From: Actinomycetota bacterium
Lineage (GTDB): Bacteria; Actinomycetota; Actinomycetes; S36-B12; UBA10799
DNA length: 33,258 nucleotides
Reading direction: 5' to 3'
NCBI GenBank assembly: GCA_030837445.1
Contig: JAUPKM010000007.1
Location: 1-33,258 of the forward strand
This document shows positions 27,000-33,258 of the stretch, piece by piece. How positions within the stretch are numbered: position 1 is the first letter of the stretch; the number at the start of each line of letters is the position of its first letter. The notes beneath the pieces are model-generated. The model ran no database searches. It worked only from the letters and a program-made list of their open reading frames with translations, and was not told the origin of the DNA. The position numbers and the translations under genes are program-made.

Positions 27000-27941
27000 T
27001 CAGCCTCGTTTGAACGGGAATCGGGACAGCATGTCCGACGCCCGGGCGATCACCGTGGCAGCGCGACCGAAACTCGCCACCGCCGGTATCCCCGGCACCT
27101 GCTCCAACACCGGCAACAGGGCCGCCATCCCGGTGAGGTCGTGCACCCGCAACTCGCCACGGGCGTAGAGCTTCGCCGCATTGGCCCGCCCGGAGGTGAC
27201 GTCGAGCAGGACATCAGTGGCACCCACCACCGTTGGCCCCAGCACCCTGCTGTCCGAGGTTTCCAGCACCACCGTCCGCCAGTCGTGCTCCCGGGAGCCA
27301 GTACCGACGATGATCTGGGTGCCGACCGCAGACAGCGAACCTGTGGTCCCCGTCCGTGCGATGAAGGCGCCCATCATGTCGACCAGCGCGACCAGCCCCA
27401 GCAGCAGCAGGTTGTCATCGACGACGCAGCCGGCGGGCTGTAGGTCGAGGCTGACGGTCGCCAACTGGTAGCAGATCCCGTGGATGAGCGTCAGCACCGG
27501 CAGCGGCCCCACCGGCGAGGCCGACTCGCGCAGGCCCCACTGGCCCACCGGCCACCGGTCGTCCCCGGTCAGCCAGTCGGCTAGCTCGCCGCGCGCGGAC
27601 TCGAGCGAAGCCATCAGCTCGGCCATCGGAGCATCTCGGTGTGACGAGACGAGTGCAGCAGCCCTGGCTTGGTCGGCCGGCCCCCACTGGCGACCTGCTT
27701 CGGCGTCCCTGAGGATGCCGGCCAGACTTCGACTGTCAGGCCAGTGGCCAAGCGGTGTCAGCAGGTCTCGGACGGTACTTCCGGCGGCCCTGGTTGGGGC
27801 GTCCGGATTCAGGTTCGGCACCCCCACCAGGAATGCGTCCCACGCCGCCAGGGTGGCCGCCCCGACGCTGTCGTGGTCGCCGGAGGCCAGGCCTCGTTCG
27901 CCCACGGATGGCGTCAGGACCTCAGGCAGGGTTCGGCTCAT
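27000..27941 (-). CDS. Degenerate MDMPI/DinB-like N-terminal domain with SCP2-like C-terminal domain
   Basis: DAPTRAAGSTVRDLL resembles the PT.cpGWtVrDl..Hl motif. The C-terminus LLDVTSGRANAAKLYARGELRVHDL is SCP2-like. Confidence 0.55.
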   Translation of the reverse strand: MSRTLPEVLTPSVGERGLASGDHDSVGAATLAAWDAFLVGVPNLNPDAPTRAAGSTVRDLLTPLGHWPDSRSLAGILRDAEAGRQWGPADQARAAALVSSHRDAPMAELMASLESARGELADWLTGDDRWPVGQWGLRESASPVGPLPVLTLIHGICYQLATVSLDLQPAGCVVDDNLLLLGLVALVDMMGAFIARTGTTGSLSAVGTQIIVGTGSREHDWRTVVLETSDSRVLGPTVVGATDVLLDVTSGRANAAKLYARGELRVHDLTGMAALLPVLEQVPGIPAVASFGRAATVIARASDMLSRFPFKRG

Positions 27942-28184
27942 CGGCGCACCCCGCGAAGGATCGGCAACTGCGCGCGGCCACCGGGCGGGCTGGCGCCATT
28001 CTCGACGGCGGTCAACGCGCCCCCGCCTTCACGTTGGACACGACCACGGTCAGACGGTACGCCAGTGTCATTTGTACCCGCACGGTCACTCGGTCAGTCG
28101 ACGGGGGTTTGGCCGGGTGACGAGGGGTTCCCGAAGAGCGAAACCCTAAGTGGCGTCAACTTGATGTAGTCGTGCGTGGCGCCA

Positions 28185-28222
28185 ACGTGCACTATTCTGT
28201 ACGACGTGCACTATTCTGTACG
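28185..28222 (+). repeat. Exact 19-bp tandem direct repeat (2 copies), candidate operator
   Basis: ACGTGCACTATTCTGTACG at 28185-28203 and 28204-28222. Confidence 0.9.
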
Positions 28223-28254
28223 CAACGAGGAGCAATGTAGGACCGGGGGGCGTG

Positions 28255-28842
28255 ATGGACGTTTCAAGTCCGATTGCAGCGGTAATACCTTCACTCGACG
28301 GGGGTGTGTTGATGGCTCTCGCCGGTTCTACATCCGCGAAGAGCCTCAACGATGTCTGGCACCAGACTCCCGGCGCATCGAAAAGCGGCGTGCGGTTAGC
28401 CCTTCTCCGCCTTGCAAGCGAAGGCGTCGTGTTGCAGGTGCCGGGCGGGTACATCTTAAACCAGGAGCACCTGGCCGCACCGGGAATCCTAGCTCTGGCC
28501 GGCATGCGCACCGATTTTCTCGACCGGCTCCGGAAGTTCGTCGCGGACCAGCCAGATAAGCCGCTTCTACTTGGGTTATTCGGGTCGTATGCCCGGCGAG
28601 ATGGGGACTCTGACAGCGACATTGACGTCCTTCTCGTGACACAAGCCACAGATGCAGCCCAGTTGGCCGGCGAGCTGTCCGACAACGTTCGCCGGTGGAC
28701 AGGGAATCCATGCCATGTTGTGGTGCTATCGCTCGCAGATGTGCGAAGGATGCGGGGCAATCAGGAACCCATCTTGGAGGCCTGGGGTCAGGACCTCCTA
28801 GTTGTCACGGGAGACAGCAGGGTCTTGGAAGGTCAGACATGA
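28255..28842 (+). CDS. wHTH plus minimal nucleotidyltransferase (MNT) protein, putative antitoxin
   Basis: N-terminal HTH (SKSGVRLALLRLASEGVV) and GS-x10-DxD motif FGSYARRDGDSDSDIDVL. Start is GTG28252 or ATG28255. Confidence 0.88.
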   Translation: MDVSSPIAAVIPSLDGGVLMALAGSTSAKSLNDVWHQTPGASKSGVRLALLRLASEGVVLQVPGGYILNQEHLAAPGILALAGMRTDFLDRLRKFVADQPDKPLLLGLFGSYARRDGDSDSDIDVLLVTQATDAAQLAGELSDNVRRWTGNPCHVVVLSLADVRRMRGNQEPILEAWGQDLLVVTGDSRVLEGQT

Positions 28843-29258
28843 GCCGAAGCGACAAGGTCAGAACTGGCCCCTGCTCGCGAGCCGACGCCGTCGGCAGGTT
28901 GAAGCAGGCCCAAGCGTCGGTCATGGTTAGCGAGCTTTGCCTCGCCGATGACACCAGTGTGGCCACTCCCGGGGTCGCCGCCGCGCTGGCTGTCCTTGCG
29001 GCGATAGCAGCCTGTGACGCAGCGTGCTGCGCGAGACTTCACAGAAGGGCACGTGGGCAGAACCACGAACAGGCGGTGGACCTCGTGGCCACGGTGGCAC
29101 CCGATGGCGCCAAGATGGCGAAACTGCTGAGGGAGGTACTGGCAGCTAAGGACGACAGTCATTATGGATTCGCGCTCGTTAGTGCGAAGCAAGCACAGGC
29201 GCTCGTCAGGAAGGCGGGGACGCTTACAGCCTGGGCGGAACGAATCGTCAATGCATGA
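28839..29258 (+). CDS. HEPN-domain-like protein, putative toxin
   Basis: ATGA coupling to the MNT gene. All-helical 139 aa with AIAACDA, RGQNH and KDDSHYG motifs. Confidence 0.72.
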   Translation: MSRSDKVRTGPCSRADAVGRLKQAQASVMVSELCLADDTSVATPGVAAALAVLAAIAACDAACCARLHRRARGQNHEQAVDLVATVAPDGAKMAKLLREVLAAKDDSHYGFALVSAKQAQALVRKAGTLTAWAERIVNA

Positions 29259-29313
29259 ACGACCCTCGGCCGCTCGCGTGGCATGACGGCAGTTGGCTCG
29301 AGGGGCAACTCAG

Positions 29314-29386
29314 TGGGCCCGGCCGGACTCGAACCGACGACCTTCCCGGTGTAAGCGGGGCGCGCTACCAGCTGCGCTACGGGCCC
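29314..29386 (-). tRNA. tRNA-Val (anticodon TAC), CCA not encoded
   Basis: GGGCCCG TA GCGC AGCTGGTA GCGC G CCCCG CT TAC AC CGGGA AGGTC GTCGG TTCGAGT CCGGC CGGGCCC A forms a cloverleaf. Confidence 0.95.
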
Positions 29387-29461
29387 GCGGTCGAGGGTAC
29401 GCGAGCCGTTCGGCGCAGGGCAGTCCACCCCGGATCCGGTAGTTCCGCCTAAGTTGGTGCT

Positions 29462-30685
29462 ATGACTGCGCCGATCTCCGCTGGGACGCCTGCGGCCGGT
29501 CCGCCTGCCGCCGACCCGCCTGCCCCCGGCCCACCGGTCACAGTGCGGGACGTGGTGGCCGCGATGGAACGGCTCTACCCCTCTGCGCTGGCTGAAGACT
29601 GGGACGCCGTCGGTCTCGTCTGCGGACGTCCGGAGCGGCCAGTGAAGCGCGTTCTGGTGGCTGTCGACCCGGTCGCTTCGGTGGTAGCCGAGGCGATCGG
29701 CTGGGGCGCGGACCTGCTGATCACCCACCACCCGCTGCTACTGACTGGGGTGCACTCGGTGTCTGCGACCGACCCCAAGGGAGAGGTGATCACAGACCTG
29801 ATCGAAGCCCGCTGCGCGCTGTTGAGTGCGCACACCAACGCCGACGCCGCTCGCCCGGGCGTATCGGATGCGTTGGCCGAGCTGCTGGGATTGGTGGACC
29901 TTCGGCCGTTGGCCTCGGCGGAGCAGTGCTCGGATCCGACCGAAGCGATCGTGGTCTACGTTCCTGACACTCACACCGGGCCGATGATCGATGCGATGGC
30001 CGCGGCTGGCGCGGGCCGGATCGCCGACTACACGCGCTGCGCGTTCACGGTTTCCGGCACTGGCACCTTCGAGGTGCCAGCCGACGGTGACCCCTGGCTG
30101 GGACGGCCGGGGGAACGGTCCGAGGTGGTCGAACAACGAGTCGAGATGTCGGTGCGGCGGTCGGTTCGGGACCGCGCACTCGCGGCCATGTTGACCGTGC
30201 ATCCCTACGAGCAGCCGTCCTACTTCGTGCTTCCGACCACCGCCGCGCCCGCCGTCACCGGCATCGGTCGGGTCGGCCGTCTCCGGACACCCCGAACGCT
30301 GGCCGAATTCGGCTCGGACGTGGCGGCCGCCTTGCCCGCGACCGAGCATGGAGTCCGGGTTGCCGGCGACCCGCACCGGATCGTGTCGACGGTCGCAGTG
30401 TGCGGCGGCGCGGGCGACTCGCTGCTCCCTGCAGCTGCCGGCGCCGACGTCTTCGTGACAGCCGATCTTCGACACCATCGCGCCGACGAGCACCTCGGTC
30501 AGGGTGGAGCGGCGCTGGTCGATGTCGCACACTGGGCAAGTGAATGGCCCTGGTGTCGGCAGGTGGCCGATCTGCTGCCCGCTGAACTGTCGACGCCGGA
30601 TAGCGTGACCGTGCGGGTGTCCGAGATCGTGACGGACCCCTGGACCGCCCACCTGCGCAGTGCCCAGCCGAGGAGAGTTCTGTGA
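29462..30685 (+). CDS. Nif3-like dinuclear metal centre hexameric protein (with PII-like insertion)
   Basis: AEDWDAVGL, ITHHPL, AHTNAD, HPYEQP, TADLRHH and HWASE. Confidence 0.93.
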   Translation: MTAPISAGTPAAGPPAADPPAPGPPVTVRDVVAAMERLYPSALAEDWDAVGLVCGRPERPVKRVLVAVDPVASVVAEAIGWGADLLITHHPLLLTGVHSVSATDPKGEVITDLIEARCALLSAHTNADAARPGVSDALAELLGLVDLRPLASAEQCSDPTEAIVVYVPDTHTGPMIDAMAAAGAGRIADYTRCAFTVSGTGTFEVPADGDPWLGRPGERSEVVEQRVEMSVRRSVRDRALAAMLTVHPYEQPSYFVLPTTAAPAVTGIGRVGRLRTPRTLAEFGSDVAAALPATEHGVRVAGDPHRIVSTVAVCGGAGDSLLPAAAGADVFVTADLRHHRADEHLGQGGAALVDVAHWASEWPWCRQVADLLPAELSTPDSVTVRVSEIVTDPWTAHLRSAQPRRVL

Positions 30686-31422
30686 AGGCCGAACCAACCA
30701 GCCAGTTGATCCTGTTGGAGGTCCAGCACTTGGATCTGGATATCGAACGGAATCGACATCGGGCCCGAACGCTGCCGGAGACGACCCTGGTCGCGGAACT
30801 CACCGCGCGGGATACCGCGCTGCGCGACCACACCACGGCGGCGGCGACCCGCGCCTCGGATTTGGCGCGAGAGGTGCGCAAGGCGGAGGCCGATGTCGCC
30901 CAGGTGCGCGCCCGGGCCGACCGAGACCAGAGCTTGCTGAACTCCGGCCAAGTGACCTCGTCGAAGCAGTTGGCCGATCTCGAGCACGAGGTTGCCACCC
31001 TGGCGAGACGCCAGGCAGCCCTGGAGGATGACGAACTAGTGGCGATGGAGGCGCTCGAAACTGCGGAGGCCGAGCACTCCGAGCTCGTCGACCAGACAGA
31101 GCGCGTGCGAGGTGAGCTGGCCGCCGCAGTCACCGCCCGTGATGAGGCGATGGCACTCCTTGATGCCGAGTTCGCTGAGTTACGACAGGTGCGTGACTCA
31201 ACCGCGGCACCGGTACCGACCGAACTACTCGAGCTTTACGCCCGGATTCGGGCGGACAACGGCACCGGCGCCGCGATGGTCCGGCGGGGTCGTTGCGAGG
31301 CCTGCCAACTGGACCTGCCGCGGGGAGACCTCGATGAGATCGCGGCCGCGGCCCCGGACGAAGTCGTTCGCTGCCCGGAGTGCCGCAGCATCCTGATCCG
31401 CACCTCGGAGTCCGGATTGTGA
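30682..31422 (+). CDS. Coiled-coil protein with C4 zinc ribbon (Rv2229c-like)
   Basis: Long coiled coil followed by CEAC...CPEC. GTGA overlap with the Nif3 gene. Confidence 0.92.
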   Translation: MKAEPTSQLILLEVQHLDLDIERNRHRARTLPETTLVAELTARDTALRDHTTAAATRASDLAREVRKAEADVAQVRARADRDQSLLNSGQVTSSKQLADLEHEVATLARRQAALEDDELVAMEALETAEAEHSELVDQTERVRGELAAAVTARDEAMALLDAEFAELRQVRDSTAAPVPTELLELYARIRADNGTGAAMVRRGRCEACQLDLPRGDLDEIAAAAPDEVVRCPECRSILIRTSESGL

Positions 31423-31892
31423 GCTCCCGCGATCCCGCGATGAAGTACGTGCTCGAGGCGGACGGCGGATCCCGCGGGAACCCAGGACCGGCGGCATACG
31501 GCACGGTCATCCTGCGGGCAGGCGTGGTCGTGCGTGAGCTTGCAGCAGTCATCGGCGTGGCCACCAACAATGTGGCCGAATACCGCGGACTCTTGGCCGG
31601 ACTGGAATGGATCGCGATGGAGACCGAGCGATCGGGGGAGGCGCTGGCCGCTCCACTCGTCGAGGCGCGGTTGGATTCGAAGCTCGTGGTGGAGCAGATG
31701 TCGGGGCGCTGGCGGATCAAACACCCAGACATGAAGGAGCTTGCCCTCCAGGCACGGCGTGCCTACCCACCGGACAATGTTCGCTACCAGTGGGTCCCGC
31801 GGGAGCAGAACAAACGAGCGGACGCACTGGTCAACGAGGTTCTCGATGCCCAGGCCGCCGGTGTCATCCGGGCCGTCGATCGTGGCAGCTGA
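31419..31892 (+). CDS. Ribonuclease HI
   Basis: EADGGSRGNPG, TNNVAEYRG, DSKLVVEQM and WVPREQNKRADALVN. Start is GTG31419 (overlaps the upstream stop) or ATG31440. Confidence 0.92.
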   Translation: MSSRDPAMKYVLEADGGSRGNPGPAAYGTVILRAGVVVRELAAVIGVATNNVAEYRGLLAGLEWIAMETERSGEALAAPLVEARLDSKLVVEQMSGRWRIKHPDMKELALQARRAYPPDNVRYQWVPREQNKRADALVNEVLDAQAAGVIRAVDRGS

Positions 31893-32496
31893 GCCACTAC
31901 GTCTGATCGTCGTCCGGCACGGCGCCACGGCGTTGACGGGCAAGGTCTACAACGGATGTGGAGTCGGTGCGGCCGATCCCGCGTTGAGCGAACCCAGTCG
32001 CCGCGAGCTGCTCGGGCTGGACTGCCCGCCTGCGGTGGACCGGATCGCGGCGGCTACCTCGCCGGCCCGGCGTGCGCGTCAGACCATCGATGAATTGGTT
32101 GCGAACTGGCGCCTCGAACCGCGTGGTGATCCCGAGATCGTCGAGGCGTTGGCCGAAGTTGATTTCGGCGAGTGGGAGGGGCGGTCGGCGGCAAAGGTCA
32201 GGGCTGAGGACCCCCAGCGTTGGCGGGACTGGCTATCGGACCCGACCGTGTCGCCACCAAAAGGTTCGGCCCTCGCCGAGCGAGCCGATGCTCTGCGTGG
32301 GTACCTCAGCCGGTTGCAGTCGTCACCGCTGCGGACCTGGCTGCTGGTCGGTCATGCCAGCACGGTCAGGTTGGTGGTTGCGCAGGTGCTGAGGCTGCCA
32401 CTGACCGAAGTTCAGCGGATCAGTGTCCGCCCAGGAGGCTGGTGCGATGTCCGAATTTGGGCCGACGGGGGTTCCTGCCTGGATCGGTTGGGTTGA
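31882..32496 (+). CDS. Histidine phosphatase family protein (CobC-like)
   Basis: VRHGAT, SPARRARQT, EVDFGEWEG and LVGH. Start inferred at GTG31882. Confidence 0.82.
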   Translation: MAAEPLRLIVVRHGATALTGKVYNGCGVGAADPALSEPSRRELLGLDCPPAVDRIAAATSPARRARQTIDELVANWRLEPRGDPEIVEALAEVDFGEWEGRSAAKVRAEDPQRWRDWLSDPTVSPPKGSALAERADALRGYLSRLQSSPLRTWLLVGHASTVRLVVAQVLRLPLTEVQRISVRPGGWCDVRIWADGGSCLDRLG

Positions 32497-32562
32497 TCGT
32501 CCGTTCGGATGACAGCACGGTCGCCCGGAGGTGCCGAATTGTGATGGTCGACCGATCTGGCC

Positions 32563-32591
32563 TTGTCTCGTGCTGCCCACGCGAGCACACT
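32563..32591 (+). promoter_or_regulatory. Putative sigma-70-type promoter for the candidate ncRNA
   Basis: TTGTCT-N17-CACACT; predicted start site about G32598. Confidence 0.55.
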
Positions 32592-32597
32592 CTGGGG

Positions 32598-32790
32598 GTC
32601 TGAACAGTGCGATTCGTCGCACCAGCGAATCGACTAGGGATCGGGAGTAGCGCAACTGGTAGCCGAACAATCCTGATGCGGGCCCGAACTCGTACGTCGC
32701 ATCCGTGGCCGACGACGAGACCCCGAGATACTGATCAGACGACGAATCCCCCTCCATAGCCAAGAATGGAGGGGGATTCGTCCTGTTTGT
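32598..32790 (+). ncRNA. Candidate structured small RNA, family not recognised
   Basis: Promoter, 5'/3' closing helix (32598-32609 with 32729-32740), four internal hairpins and an immediately following terminator. No convincing ORF. Confidence 0.5.
32741..32790 (+). terminator. Intrinsic terminator-like hairpin
   Basis: GACGAATCCCCCTCCAT-N8-ATGGAGGGGGATTCGTC is a perfect 17-bp stem, followed by CTGTTTGT. Confidence 0.75.
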
Positions 32791-32883
32791 GGGGCCTTCA
32801 CCGACCCGTTCGTCTTGCTCACAGGATGCCCAGTGGGGCGAGCAGGTAGCCGTGAATTGAGTCACACGGGTATCGTCGGTGCA

Positions 32884-33256
32884 GACAAGTCGGCCGGGCG
32901 GCCGCGGTCGGCTTTCGCCGGTCGAGGAAAGTCCGGACTCCAGAGGGCGTAGGTGGTGGGTAACGCCCACCCGGGGTGACCCGCGGGACAGTGCCACAGA
33001 AAACAAACCGCCTCGTGAACTGCGAGGTAAGGGTGAAACGGTGGTGTAAGAGACCACCAGCGCTGCAGGTGACTGCGGCGGCTAGGTAAACCCCACCTGG
33101 AGCAAGATCAAAAGGGTCGCGAGAGCGGCCTGCGCAGACGAGCGGCCCGCTCGATGTCTGCGGGTAGATCGCATGAGGGCGGTGGCAACACCGCTCCCAG
33201 ATGGATGGTCGCCGCCGCGTGAGCGGCACAGAATCCGGCTTACAGGCCGGCTTGTC
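32884..33256 (+). ncRNA. rnpB: RNase P RNA, bacterial type A
   Basis: GAGGAAAGTCCGGACTC, CAGTGCCACAGAAA, GGGTGAAACGGTGGTGTAAGAGACCACC and ACAGAATCCGGCTTA. P1 pairs GACAAGTCGGCC with GGCCGGCTTGTC. -10-like TATCGT at 32871-32876. Confidence 0.97.
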
Positions 33257-33258
33257 AC

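Noticed and set aside
27938-28071. Two tiny chained minus-strand ORFs (about 19 and 25 aa) upstream of the MDMPI-like gene
   Set aside because: Too short, with no recognisable motif. The overlaps could be chance.
28185-28222. CRISPR array
   Set aside because: Only two abutting copies, no spacers and no cas genes.
27942-29386. Integrative element or prophage with att sites at tRNA-Val
   Set aside because: No integrase, and no duplicate of the tRNA 3' end found by eye.
32323-33229. Minus-strand ORFs of 244 and 136 aa
   Set aside because: They are antisense to rnpB, the candidate ncRNA and the phosphatase, and have no protein motifs.

Overview
High-GC actinobacterial chromosomal window, judged from DUF3145, DUF3052, Rpf, the Nif3-zinc ribbon-RNase HI block and type A rnpB. 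The left two-thirds is a mosaic of accessory genes: a truncated AbiEii-like nucleotidyltransferase, a superinfection-immunity membrane protein, a TetR/P450/ferredoxin unit, hydrolases, an MFS plus C69 peptidase, a 4xPAS-GGDEF cyclase, DacB, an uncharacterised two-gene operon, an Rpf-domain protein and glycogen phosphorylase. The right third is a rearranged version of the conserved aceE-DUF3052-tRNA-Val-Nif3-RNase HI-rnpB region. It has a catalytic-domain-only E2 upstream of aceE and an MNT-HEPN toxin-antitoxin islet next to tRNA-Val. The strongest unexplained signal is a ~190-nt, apparently self-contained non-coding transcription unit just upstream of rnpB, with a promoter, an end-to-end closing helix, several internal hairpins, a tRNA D-arm-like segment and a terminator. 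Next are the uncharacterised coupled gene pair at 14.0-15.7 kb, the exact 19-bp tandem repeat before MNT-HEPN and the structured rpf leader. All calls come from manual motif reading; no searches or folding programs were run.
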